A stretch of DNA of 64,000 nucleotides from Raja brachyura (taxonomy: Eukaryota): contig OY740804.1 of NCBI GenBank assembly GCA_963514005.1, forward strand, positions 5,146,001-5,210,000, in the 5' to 3' direction. The notes under the pieces were generated by a model, which was given only the letters and a program-made list of their open reading frames with translations, was not told the DNA's origin and made no database searches. The translations under genes were made by a program, and so were the position numbers. Of this stretch, positions 38,755 to 51,807 are shown piece by piece; within the stretch, counting starts at the first letter, position 1, and the number at the start of each line of letters is the position of its first letter.

Positions 38755-41700
38755 ATGCAAGACAATAAACAAAAGAAAATTGGAGGAATCACGTTCTGCA
38801 GTTGGAATACAAGGGGCGCTAATGAACCAATTAAAAGGGGTAAGATCTTTGCCCAATTAAAAGCTTTAAATAGTGATGTCATTTTCTTACAAGAGACGCA
38901 CCTGAAATATCAAACACAGATAAGATTGAAGGCAAATTGGATCGGGCACACATACTACTCTTCATTTACTTCTAAATCTAGAGGCACGGCCATTATCATT
39001 CGTAAAGGTATACCATTTAAATTAAAGAATACCATAGCAGATAAAGAGGGGAGGTACGTCATAGTCACGGGAGAAATGTATTCTACTCCACTTACTTTGA
39101 TAAATATTTATGCTCCTAATTTTGACAACCCTCAATTTTTTAGTAAAATTCTGGATACAATTTCAGAACATAACTATCAAAATGTGGTAATAGGGGGAGA
39201 TTTGAATTGTGTTTTAGATCCATATTTGGATAAAGCTACAAAACAAAAAAGGATTAACATAAAATCTAAAACAAGTGAACTCATAAATACATACATGAAA
39301 AATACCAATATGACAGATGTATGGAGGATCGCTAACCCAGTAGGTAGAGAATATTCATTTTATTCAACAGTACATAAAACATACTCACGTATTGATTATT
39401 TCTTAGCGGACACAATAATTCCATACACATATAATGCTAAATATCACAATAGTATTATTTCTGATCATTCCCCGTTAACTTTCTCTTTAAAATTCGAAGG
39501 AATGCCTGACAAAAAATCGTTTTTGGAGGTTTAACCCCCAAATATTAAACAACTCACAAGGTTGTAGATATTTAAAAGAGCAGATGAAATTCTTCTTTGA
39601 GACAAATGAAACACCAGGTATTTCACCCTCCTTATTATGGGAAACTTTTAAGGCATTTATAAGAGGAACTAATCTCATATCAAGCTTTCCAAAATAAAAA
39701 GAATAATACTGAACAATTACAGCTAGAACAAGAAATTAGACAATTAGATTTAGAAAATGCTAAAGAACCAACTATAGATAAACACAATAAGATAACAATA
39801 CTAAAATATAAATTAAATAAAATGTTATCGGCCAGAATAATAAGATTATTTCAAATTACAAAACAAGAAAATTTTGAATTTGGTGATAAACCACATAAAC
39901 TCTTAGCACGCCAACTGAAAAAATGGGAAACAGAAAACACAATTACTAAAATTAAATCAGACAAAGGGGAATTACTAACACTACCTAGAGATATAAATGA
40001 AAGATTTGCTCAATATTATCAAAATTTATATACATCGAAAACCTCTGCAAATAATACTCAAATTACAAATTTCTTAGACAATTGTAATCTTCCAAAATTA
40101 AATAGGGTGGAACAAGAGGGATTAGGAGCTCAGATTACACTTCAGGAAATAGAAGAAACAATAAGTTTGTTGAAGAATGGCAAAACGCCAGGACCAGACG
40201 GCTTTAGTGATGAATTCTATAAAAGATTCCATAAGATAATTTCTCCACACTTGCAAGAATTATATATATATGCTTTTAAAGAAAATAAATTACCAGAAAC
40301 ACTAACTGAGTCAACTATTACACTTATACCAAAAAAGGATAAAGATCTAGAAGACCCAGGCTCATATAGAGCTATTGCACTCCTAAATACAGATCAAAAA
40401 ATATTAGCAAAGACACTAGCGAGAAGATTGAGTAAATATATTAGCAAACTAATAAACCCGGATCAAACTGGGTTTATACCAAAGAGATACTCATTTAACA
40501 ATTTGAGACGGCTGTCTAATATAATGTACTCACATAATACTGAAGAAGACCTAGCAATTATCTCATTGGATGCAGAAAAAGCTTTCGATCAAGTAGAATG
40601 GCAATATTTATTCAAAGTATTGCAAAAATTTAACATGGGAGATAATTTTATCTCATGGGTAAAATTATTATATGATAAGCCAACGGCTAGAATACTGACT
40701 AATAATTTATTATCCCCGAAATTCCAATTGGCAAGGGGCAATAGGCAGGGGTGCGCACTATCACCTCTGCTATTTGCACTAGTGATAGAGCCTTTAGCAG
40801 AAAGTATAAGAAGTCATCCGAATATTCATGGATACAATACCAAACACTCAAATAATAAAATTTCATTATATGCAGACGACATATTATTATATATTACAAA
40901 TTCACAAATTAGCATACCAAATATACTAAATTTAATAGAGGAATTTGGTTCTTTTTCTGGATATAGAATAAACTGGAACAAAAGCGAAATTATGACGATA
41001 AAACCTCAAGAGCCGCTACATCTGTTGAAATTCCCCTTTAGAATTGCAACAGAAAAATTTAAGTATTTGGGCATCCAAATTACTAGGAAATATAAATCAT
41101 TACTCAACGCAAACTATATGCCTTTAATAACTAAATTAAATGGGTTGATTAAATTCTGGAAAACACTGCCGATGTCCTTAATAGGTAGAATAAATGCGAT
41201 AAAAATGATCTTCTTGCCACAAATACTGTACCTATTTCAATCAATACCAATATACTTACCTATAAAATTCTTTAAAAAATTAGACTTTGATATTATAAAC
41301 TTCATATGGGATTATAAATCACATAGAATTAAGAAAAAACACTTGTGTAAATCTAAAGAATCAGGGGGACTGACACTCCCTAACTTATTGCATTACTATT
41401 GGGCAGTGAATATTAAAAATATAATCTACTGGTTGGACAGTTCTGCCCAACAGGTAGATTGGATAAGAATGGAGAAAGAGGATTGTTCCCCTTATAATAT
41501 AGGAGCGATCCTTCTTTCCCCGATGAAACTGAACAACATAATATATAAGAAGAATCCAATTATTCACAGTACAATACGAATTTGGAATCAAATAAAATTA
41601 TCTTTAAAATTAAGAAAATTATCGCTTCTTTCTCCAATAACTAATAATCCCTCATTTAATCCATCCATTATTGATAAAACGTTTATCCATTGGGAAAGAT

Positions 41701-42552
41701 TAGGAATTAAAACAATGGGAGATATGTATGATATGGGAAAACTTTTATCATTCCAACAATTACAACTAAAATATAATTTGAAAAATAATCAATATTTCAA
41801 ATATCTTCAAATTCAAGATTATTTGAAGAAATATATACAAGGATATCAAACCTTAACCCCAGATTTATTGGAGGAAGGAATGAATAGAAAGGCAGAATCA
41901 AGCAATTTAATATCTTACTTATCTAATATAATTTTAAATATAGAAACGCCAACGACAGAGACAATTAGAAGGGACTGGGAACAAGAGTTATTGATAAAAA
42001 TTCGTAACGATAGATGGGAAAAAAATCTATTATATGTAAATAAATGTTCAATTAATATAAGACAAAACATAATTCAATTTTAAATTTTACATAGATTATA
42101 TTATTCTAAAACTAGACTGAATAAAATATTCCCAAATGTTTCCCCCATCTGTGACAAATGTCTTACTCAAAATGCCACTATAGCACATTCCTTTGTCTCG
42201 TGTATAAAACTGTATACATTTTGGAATGAAATTTTTGGAATTTTTACAAAACTATTTAACACAAAATTGAACCCCAATACAGAACTGATTATCTTTGGAT
42301 CAATGGAAGATGGAAGTAAACTAACTATATTCCAAGAAACTTTTCTTAATTATGGTCTAATAACAGCAAAAAAACGTATACTCAAATTTTGGAAAAAACG
42401 CAACTACGCCAACATTCAAAATGTGGATTTCAAACATGTCTGAAACGCTTCATCTTGAAGAAATGAGATTTCTCCTAATAGGCAAAGTAGACCAATTCTC
42501 AAAGACTTGGTCTCCTTTTATCAACTTTTTGCAAGCATATGGTGCAACATAA
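38755..42552 (+). pseudogene. L1 ORF2 (APE endonuclease and RT), disrupted by frameshifts (~39520-39680, ~42395) and a stop at 42081-42083
   Basis: SWNTRG, LQETH, GGDLN, SRIDY, SDHSP (APE); PGPDG, LDAEKAFD, RQGCALSP, YADD (RT); CDKC..H..C at the C-terminus. Confidence 0.93.
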
Positions 42553-43047
42553 CATAACCTCAGAAATTATATGGTTTAGAACCGGGTGATGGATGGGCAA
42601 AAATACGAAATAGGTAGATCTCCCCTAATCTCTCTTTTCTTTACTTTCTCCTTCTATTTCAATCTTCTTAGCTTCCCTTATATGCCCTTTATTTCACTTG
42701 CTATCTGTTTCTACTCGCTTTTCTATCTATTCCAACACTCTTTATTTCTTTTTTCTTTCACTGTTCTTTTATTATTAAATCAAAAGTATGAAGTTGTACA
42801 AGAATGGAAATATGTATGTATGTATTAGGTACTCATGTACCACACTATTGTACTTACTTCTAACAAAAATAAACAAAAAAACAAAAAAAAGAGAGTTGAA
42901 CAGCAGGTGTCCTGCCTTGGCCGGAGGCCGACTAGATTTCGAGGCCCTAAGGTTAAGCTTGTCAAGCTTGTACGTAAATTGAGCTCCGAGTACCCCGTTC
43001 TGCTTGCTCCCCATATCCCATGATTCCATTAGCCCTAAGAGTTATAT

Positions 43048-43777
43048 TAGGATAAAAGCCTAAAATATCCTGATTTTAAATTGTCTGACAACAATCTTAG
43101 TGTCTGTAATAAGATAAAATATCTAGGGCATATTATTATAGAACAAATGACAGATGATGAGGATATCTATAGGCAACGACGCATGCTGTATATGCAGGCG
43201 AATATCCTCTTGCGTAAATTTGGTGCGTGTGCAGATGTGGTGAAGATGTCGCTATTTAGAGCATACTGCACACCCCTCTACACAGTGCACGTGTGGTCGA
43301 ACTATTTAAAGACAAGTATGCAGAGACTAAAGGTGGCGTATAACGATGCCATGAGAACACTGCTAAGGCAACCAAGATGGTGTAGTACCAGTAATATGTT
43401 TGTGGCTGCAGGAGTCAGTACTTTAGAAGCTATCCTAAGACACCACATGTATAAATTCATTTGCAGGATAAATTACTCTAAAAATGTGCTTATTGTGGCC
43501 TTGACAAACGTAAGGGTTAGCACTACACGCTACGAATCCCAGCTGTGGAGACACTGGTATCGTTGTCTCGTTGTACGACATTGATCATCTTTTACCCTGG
43601 ATTTTTAACTTAAGTATTGTGGGTTTTTTAAATATATAAATTATGATGTTTTTATGTGACTTACCATGATTTTATATATATTTATGATATTTGATATGCA
43701 ATGCATTTTTAATGTAATGTTGCCCCTTGTCTGGACCTTGTGTCCGTAATAAAGTTATTATTATTATTATTATTATA
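43048..43777 (+). mobile_element. Non-LTR retrotransposon 3' fragment (RTEX/L2-group-like)
   Basis: KYLGHII..DDEDIYRQRR.LY.QANILLRKF..C..VK.SLF.AYC post-RT region; AATAAA and (TTA)n tail. Confidence 0.7.
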
Positions 43778-44845
43778 TCTAACTCTCTCTTGACTACACC
43801 CAGTAAATTGGCCTCCACTGCCCTCTGTGGCAGAGAATTCTACAGATTCACAAATCTGGGTGAAAAGGTTTTCCCTCATCAGACCTACTCCTTATTCAGG
43901 TCTCAACCCAAAACATCACCTATCCATGTTTTCCAGAGATGCTGCCTGACCTGCTGCCTTACTCCAGCACTTTGTGCTTTACTAAAGCTGAATAGCCAGT
44001 TGCCTGTGATGCCAGTGGTGACTCAGCAGGTCAGGCAGCATCTGTGGAGAACATGGATAGGTGGGACGTTTCAAGTCAAGACCATGAGATACTGCCTGAC
44101 CTATTGAGTTACGCCAGCACTTTGCCCCATTGAACCAAACTTCCCGGCCTGTGGTGGATCTGCCACTGATGTTTCAAACTCCACGTCCACCTGGAATAAT
44201 CATGAGGTGTCTTTTTCACACAAAGGCTGGTGGGTGTATGGATGAAGCTGCCAGAGGAGCTAGTTGAGGCAGGGACAGTTAGACATGTACATGGATAGGA
44301 CAGGTTTGAAGGGACTTGGACCAAACGTGGACAGGTGGGACTGGTGTTGCTGAGACATGTTGGCCGGTGTGGGCAAGTTGGGCGGAAGGGCTTGTTTCCA
44401 CACTGTATCACTCTATGACTCTAACACATGTGAAACTCTGCAGATTCAGGAGCTGGGGTGGAGACACATCATCAGATCAGTCCAGGTCCACTCACAAGCC
44501 ACAAGACAAATGCCTTGAAGGAGAACTCAGAGGCTGGGGAAAGCACGGTGTGGAGAACAGCTCGAGCAGCAGAGTCTGTTGTAAGGCAGCTGGTTTTTCT
44601 CAGAAGGGAGTGATTACCACAACTTCTCCAAATGCTAAATTGGACAGTCACTCTGGTGCTTCCTCATTTGAGACGCCCGCCTGTTCCCAATGGCTGGCTT
44701 TCACAGGTTTTTTCTTTGAATGTGCTAAGGTTTAGGTTCAACATTTCCCATTGCAGTGCGTGGAGGGAGTGCCGTGTGTCTTTGATAGACACTAAATGCT
44801 GGAGTAACGCAGCGGGTCAGGCGGCATCTCTGGAGAGAAGCAATG

Positions 44846-44879
44846 GGTGACGTTTCGGGTCGAGACCCTTCTTCAGACC
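44846..44879 (-). ncRNA. Minimal type-I hammerhead ribozyme motif in a Penelope-derived terminus
   Basis: Minus strand reads GGU-CUGAAGA-A-GGGUC-UC-GACCC-GAAA-C-GUC-ACC: conserved core, stem II, GUC cleavage triplet and short stem I. Confidence 0.6.
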
Positions 44880-45484
44880 AACAGTCAGGGAAGGAGGAAG
44901 TCAAGAGATATGCAAGGGGTAAAGCATTTAGCTGATCTGCTGTCAAATCACTGAGAAAGTTCACCTGGAGATAGTTTGCACCAGAATAGTGGAGCAAACT
45001 CTCTGGTCTGGGGGCAAGAGTTACCCCTACGCCCATAATCAACAAGGCCAGCTGTCGGGTCATTTTCTACAGGGAGTAAGCTGTGTGCAATTTGGCTGCG
45101 CACAGCTACACAACAGTCATTAGTGCAGAAAAGAACAAGTCTGCAAGCACTTTATCTTTAGCAGCTCGTAGCCCAGTAGTCTGCTCTGTTGCTCAAAATA
45201 ATTCACGGTGCTAGTAAATACTTCTGAAGAACACATCATAAGTTCATTAGTACTAGGAGCAGAATTAGGCCATTTGGCCCATCAAGTCTACTCTCCACCA
45301 TTCAATCATGTCTGATCTACCTTTCCCTCTCAACTCAATCTTCCTGCCTTCTCCCTAACATTCCTGACCTCAGTACTAATCAAGAATCTATCCATCTCTG
45401 CCTTAGAAATATCTATTGACGGCCTCCACAGCATTCTGTGGCAATGAATTCCACATTTTTACTAAAGAAATCACTATTCGGTAA

Positions 45485-46039
45485 AGGGCCGGTCCTACAA
45501 GCATGCAACTCTATGCGATTAGCGCAACCTAACGTGGTCGCTTGAGCCGTCCGGCGTCGCGGGGCCGGTCCCACGTCAATTGCTGGAGCCGTGCGGAATT
45601 GTGCGGAGTTTGTCCCGACATCGCGCGGGACTCCGAAAAACTGACTGTGTTCAAAAATTCCACGCGGCAATGGCTTGTCGGCTCGCAGTCGCCTCGACGC
45701 ATGACACACCGCCCCGACATCACGCCTCCATGCACCTATCTGTAGGTGCCTCTGTGACCCTCTATGTGTGTGAGCCTCTGTGCCCCTCTCTGTGTGCCCC
45801 TCTCTGTCCTGGCGAACTTACCTTAGACTTCGCTCCAAGTTCGCCTCACTTTGAGCCGCGTTGCGCCACTCACCCGACCTCCGCGCGGCCCCTGCTGCCG
45901 GTTTGGTCGTGTTTCCCGCATGCAGGCGCATGCTGGTGGGAACGGCCCTGTACAGGGGATCACCTGACCTCCGCGCGGCCCCCGCTTCTAGTTTGATCGC
46001 GTTCATCGCATAGAGTTGCATGCTTGTAGGACAGGCCCT
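45485..46039. mobile_element. Second copy of the PIF/Harbinger-type MITE
   Basis: Same TIR and body as 16757-17332; TAA TSD at 45482-45484 and 46040-46042. Confidence 0.88.
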
Positions 46040-46288
46040 TAAGTTTCAGTGAGGTCCACAAGGCAAGCTGTAGGTAGTTATCTCCCTTCTCCACAGGGAG
46101 CTAGCTGTGCAATTTGGCTGCACACAACATGACAACAACCGCTGATGGAAGTCTTTACAGGAACTAACGAGTGTTGAGCAATTTATCATCAGCTCCTCAC
46201 ACAGTACAGAGAGTCTGTGGTTACAAATAATTCAAGGCGCTGGTAAATAATTCTAAAGAACAGAGCATTTTGTAAAACAACGATTTAC

Positions 46289-46385
46289 CTGGTGTGAGAC
46301 CAACAGCAACAAGAACCAACAGAGCGACTGTTCCCCTGGATCTGGGCCGTTTCTGGTGGGTGAATTCTCCCTGTCCCACTGCCAT
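46289..46385 (-). other. Candidate orphan or alternative signal-peptide exon
   Basis: GACATGG start; MAVGQGEFTHQKRPRSRGTVALLVLVAVGLTP then phase-1 CAG|GTAAAT donor. Confidence 0.45.
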
Positions 46386-46639
46386 GTCTCGGCTGCGTTG
46401 GATCGGTTTGGTCCCTGCACTGCGTTTGAGTTGTCCTCTTCCTCATTCACAACAGAAGTCAAACAGTCAATTTCCGTTTACTCAGGAAACGACTTTGCTG
46501 TGGTTCGAGACTAAGTTGGTGACTCACTTGCCACCTCCCCCAGCCTCCTCACTACGGACAATGCACCTATCAGGAGTGGGCTGCAACGCTCTCCTGTTGC
46601 CTGAATTGGAGCATCTCCTCGAAGCTCTGCTTCATCCTG

Positions 46640-46920
46640 GACTGAGGGAGTGCGGTACTGAGGGAGCTCGCCACTGCTGGAGGTGAAGTCACTTTGCCGA
46701 GGCATTTAGCTGATCTGCTGTCTGCTCTGTGGCTAAATATAATTCAAGGCGCTAAGTAAATAATTCTAAAGAACAGAGCATTTTATAATGGTTCACACCA
46801 GAATAGTGGAGGATCTCCTTGTTCTTGGGCAAGAGGTATCCCATCAACCAAGGACACAAAAGTAATCTGTAGGATATTTGTTGTTGTTTAAAGGGAGCTT
46901 GTTGTGTCCAAATTAGATGC
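46640..46920 (+). mobile_element. Old Deu-domain-like SINE remnants (related pieces at 44925-45230, 46090-46270, 47410-47680)
   Basis: Recurrent degenerate GTACTGAGGGAGC..GGAGGTG, CACCAGAATAGTGGA and GGGAGCT.GCTGTG..AA.TTGGCTGC blocks, resembling DeuSINE cores as recalled from memory. Confidence 0.4.
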
Positions 46921-49900
46921 ACACAGAATGCAAGGGCGGAAATGTAGAAACAAGGAACTGTAGATACTGGTTTATACCAAAGATGGACACAAAGTGCTGG
47001 TGCATCTCAGTGGGTCAAGCAGCTTCTCTGGAGGATGGGCACCATTTCAGGATGGGATCCTTCAGAGTGGTCCTGACCTCCCAACTACCCCATTCGAGAC
47101 CTTGGAACTATCTTTAATCGGATTTTACTAGACTATCTTGCAACAGATTCCTTGAATGCAAACATGAAAAGTCATCATGGTGCTTCCTCATTTCACAAGC
47201 GGCTGGGTCTCACATGCATCTTCTATGTGTGACCTGTGTTCTAGGTTCAACATTTCCCACGCTGTTTCTAGCAAGAGTCCTGTGTGACTTTACCACGCTA
47301 ACCGAGCCACACCAAGGACCAGTGTTGGGTTCTGCAGTGCAAGTTCAGTGGGTGAAAACTATTGAGTGAGTTAGAGAGTTGTTGGTTCAGTTCCCTCTGC
47401 AGACGCCGAGCACAGAGGGAGAGCTGTACTGAGGGAGCTCTGCATTGGAAACATAGAAGCATAGAAGCATAGAAAATAGGCGCTGGAGTAGGCCATTCGG
47501 CCCTTCAAACCAGCACCGCCATTCAATATGATCATGGCTGATCATCCTAAATCAGTACCCAGTTCCTGCTTTCTCCCCATATCCCTTGATTCCGTTTGTC
47601 CTAAGCGCTGTGTCTAAAGTTGCTGGAGGTGCTGTCACTCTGATGAGGCATTTATCTGGTCTGCTGCTCTGCTGTCTGCTCTCTCAAGCCTGCTCTCTCC
47701 CTTCAGAGCGGCACGGTGGTGCAGCGGTTAGCTGCTGCCTCACAGCGCCAGAGACCCGGGTTCGATCTTGACTACGGGTGCTGTCTGTGTGGAGTTGGAA
47801 CGTTCTCCCTGTGACCTCGTGGGTTTCCTCCATGTGCACCGGATTCCTCCCACATCCCTAATCCATGCGAGTTTGTACGTTAAACACCTCTACAAGATTG
47901 TCGCAAATGTGTAGGGAATGGATGAGAAAGTGGGATAACAGAACTAGTGTGTACAGGTAGACAAAAATGCTGGAGAAACTGCGTTTTTGTCTAGCTTCGC
48001 TTTTCCAGCATCTGCAGTTCCTTCTTAAACATAGTGTGTACAGGTGATCAATGGTTGGCGTGGACTCGGTGGATCAATGGGCCTGTTTCCATGCGGTATC
48101 TCTAAACCAAACTAATTCTACTCGTATCACTTATGACCTTATGACAAAAATTCAGAAACGTTACCCAGGAGAAATAAGACAACGCCAAACGTGATCAGGT
48201 AAGTCCACTCACGTCACCAGATAAACACCAGATAGATTCTTAATTAGTAATTAGTACATGTGTCAGAGGTTATGGAGAGAAGGCAGGAGAATGGGGTTGG
48301 GAGGGAGAGATAGATCAGCCATGATTGAATGGTGAAGTAAACTTCATGGGCCGAATGGCCTAATTCTACTCTTATCACATGGCCTTATGACAAAAATTCA
48401 GCCATCTTTATTTACGTTCGATTATATTAACCATTATTCAATGTGCAGGGTTTTACACAGCAATTCAATTAGTAGTAAAGTTAAAAGTTCACATTCTGGA
48501 GAGCCAGCTTTGAGTTCTAGTCTATGTACTGCTGTCTTTTGGGTGAATGTCAGGATGTACAGACATGTCTGCAAACATAGGTACAGAATTCGGCAATTTG
48601 CTCCATCGAGTCTACTCCACCACTCAATCATGGATGATCTATCTTTCCCCCTCCATCCCATTCTCCTGTCTTCTCCCCACAACTTTTGACACCCTGAGTG
48701 AACCTGTCTCCAATTTTAAAATATCCATTGACTTGGCCTCCACAGCCGTCTGTGGCAATGGATTCCACAGATTCATCACCCTCTGGCTAAAGAAATTCCT
48801 CCTCAAGTGGTCAAGTTAGATTGGACATAGGTGGGGTGTGGTGATGCTGTAGGGTCAAGGTGATGAGATTTGTACATCTCCAACTGGTGAACACCCTCTC
48901 TGGCCCTGAAAAGCTAAACGATGATTATTCCATCAGAATAACAATATTGATATAAAGTTTACCTTTAATTTTTATCTTATTCTTCTAACGTGTGTCCACA
49001 GTTCAATACTTGTAATCATTTAACCATTTTTATATCCCCATTGCTCAATGGTTCAATGGTACTTTATTGTCTAATGCACGTGGGTACAGTGACATTTCTT
49101 TTGCATAGAATTCAGTCAAAATCTTACTTTATATAAGCACAGCTGAAGCTAAGAACAAGAGTATTAATAGCAGATTATATGATGCAGTGCACAAAAGTTG
49201 CCACATTTCTGGCGGTATCTTATATTTTTAACGATCAAATTGGTAAAAAAGTAGTCTTATTTTGGGTTTAAAGGCCCGTTGTCGTGGAGACGGCACTGGG
49301 TGGGAGTTGCAGGGTTCAGCCTGGCCTGGCGATGTTGTCGGTGCCTCCACCACCGCCGCTCCGTGCCGCTCCAGGCCGTGTCCGGTCCGCGCGCTCGTCC
49401 CCGACCTCTGTGGGACCTCCAGCGGCACCCGATCCATCGGCTGCTGCAGGGCCTCCAGCAGCCCACTCGCACTCCGCCCACACCTCGACCCACCAACGCA
49501 CCCTTTTCCCCTCGCCTCCCACGGCCGTCTCCATGCGAGGTGAGGCCCCACCCAGCCAGCTCACCGGCGCTGTTCCTCTCCTCCCTCCACCACTGCTGAC
49601 CCCATCTCCAAGGTCTCGGCTGTTTTTTCCCTTGAATAAAAATTAAAACACAATTTATAATCTCTACCATCAAATTTTACCCGAGGATATGACCCTGGGC
49701 GGCACAGTGGCGCAGCGGTAGAGTTGCTGCCTTACAGCGCCAGAGACCCGGGTTTGATCATGACTACGGGTGCTGTCTGTACGGAGTTTGTATGCTCTGC
49801 CTGTGACAGCGTGGGTTTTCTCCGGGTGCTCCGGTTTCCTCCCACAATCCAAAGACGTGTAGTTTTGTAGGTTAATTGGCCTCTGTATAATTGTAAATTG

Positions 49901-49975
49901 TCCCTCGTGTGTATGATAGTGCGAGAGTACAAGGTGATCATTGGTTGGCGCGGACTTGGTTGGATGTTGGGCCTA

Positions 49976-51601
49976 CAGCGCCCTCCATAATGTTTGGGAC
50001 AAAGAGCCATCATTTATTTATTTGCCTCTGTACTCCATAATTTGAGAATTGCAATAGAAAAAAATCACATGTGGTTAAAGGCACATTGTCAAATATTAAT
50101 AAAGGCCAATTTTACACATTTTGGTTTCACCATATAGAAATTACAGCAGTGTTTATACAAAGTACCCCCATTTCAGGGCACCATAATGTTCAGGACACAG
50201 CAATGTCATGTAAATGAAAGTAGTCATGTTTAGTATTTTGTTGCAAATCCTTTACATGCAATGACTGCTTGAAGTCTGCGGTTCATGGACATCACCAGTT
50301 GCTGGGTGTCTTCTCTGGTGATGCTCTGCCAGGCCTGTATTGCATCCATCTTTAGTTTATGCTTGTTTTGGGGGCGAGTCACCTTCCGTTTTCTCTTCAG
50401 CATATAAAAGGCATGCTCAATTGGGTTCAGAATGACTTGGCCACTCAAGAATTGATCATTTTTTAGCTTTGAAAAATTCCTTTGTTGCTTTTGCAATATG
50501 TTTGGAATCATTGTCTTGCTGAAGAATTAACTGCCGGCCTATGGGTTTTGAGGCATTTGTTTGAACTTCAGCAGATAGGATGTGTCTATACACTTCAGAA
50601 TTCATTGTGCTACCACCATCAGCAGTTGTATCATCAATGAAGATAAGTGAGTCAGTACCTTCAGCAGCCATGCATGCCCAGGCCATAACACCCCCACCAC
50701 TGTGCTTCACAGATGAGGTGGTATGCTTTGGATCTTGGGCAGTTCCTCCTCTTCTCCATACTTTGCTCTTGCCATTAATCTGATATAAGTTAATCTTCGT
50801 CTCATCTGTCCACAGGATCTTTTTCCAGAACTGTGGTTGCTCTGTTAAGTACTTTGTGCGAAACTGTAACCTGGCCATCCTATTTTTGTGGCTAACCAGT
50901 AGTTTGTATCTTGCAGTGTAGCCTCTGTATTTCTGTTCATGGAGTCTTCTGCAGACAGTGGTCATTGCAAATCAACCTCTGACTCCTGAAGAGTGTTTCT
51001 GATCTGTCGGACAGGTGTTTGGGTTTTTTCTTTATTATAGAGAGAATTCTTCTGTCATCAGCTATGGAGATCTTCCTTGGCCTGCCAGTCCCTTTGCGAT
51101 TAGTAAGCTCACCAGTGCTCTCTTTCTTCTTAGTGATGTTCCAAACAGTTGAGTTCGGTAAGCCCAATGTTTGGCTGGTTTCTAACAGTTTTATTCTTGT
51201 TTCTCAGTCTCATAATGGCTTCTTTGACTTTCATTGGCACAACTTTGGTCCTCATGTTGATAAACAGCAATAAAAGTTTCCAAAGGTGATGGAAAGACTG
51301 GAGGAAAGACTAGGTGCTGAGAGATGTCTTATACCTGCATTAAGGAGGCAATTAAACACACCTGAGCAATTACAAACACCTGAAAAGCCGTGAGTCCAAA
51401 ACATTATGGTGCCCTGAAATGGGGGGACAGCTGTAATTTCTACATGATGAAACCAAAATGTATAAAAATACCCTGTAATAAAATCTGACAATGTGCACTT
51501 TCACCACATGTGATTTTTTCTATTACAAATTTCAAATTGTGGAATGCAGAGGCAAATAAATAAATGAAGGGTCTTTGTCCCATACATTATGGAGGGCACT
51601 G
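49976..51601 (-). mobile_element. Tc1-family DNA transposon, degenerate transposase
   Basis: ~215-bp TIRs starting CAG(C/T)GCCCTCCATAATGT; TA on the left flank. Transposase fragments GRPRK, WTDETKI, QQDNDSKH, LNPIEH at ~50230-51256. Confidence 0.93.
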
Positions 51602-51699
51602 AATGTCCACACTTTATCTCTACAATTCTAAAGTAAATTCCCATCATTCCCAATTGAATTTAATGTGAACACCAGAGTGAAGAGATTGCAAACTTTTAC

Positions 51700-51807
51700 C
51701 TTTTAAAAGTTGTCACACAGCTGATGGAAAGCGGGAAGAGAAGCAGAACTCCAAAGAGTACCCAGCGTAACACACCCCAAACACGGCGAACATTCAGCAC
51801 GATGTCC
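51700..51807 (-). CDS. Gene B transmembrane exon with an intramembrane arginine
   Basis: TTGGATTTCCAG|G...AAAAG|GTAAAA; encodes RDIVLNVRRVWGVLRWVLFGVLLLFPLSISCVTTFK. Not present in the ORF track. Confidence 0.8.

Larger units (their letters stand above)
35440..42890 (+). mobile_element. Near full-length L1-clade LINE
   Basis: 5'UTR, intact ORF1, long spacer, ORF2 (APE, RT, cysteine-rich C-terminus), AATAAA and A-rich tail at 42868-42890. Confidence 0.93.
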
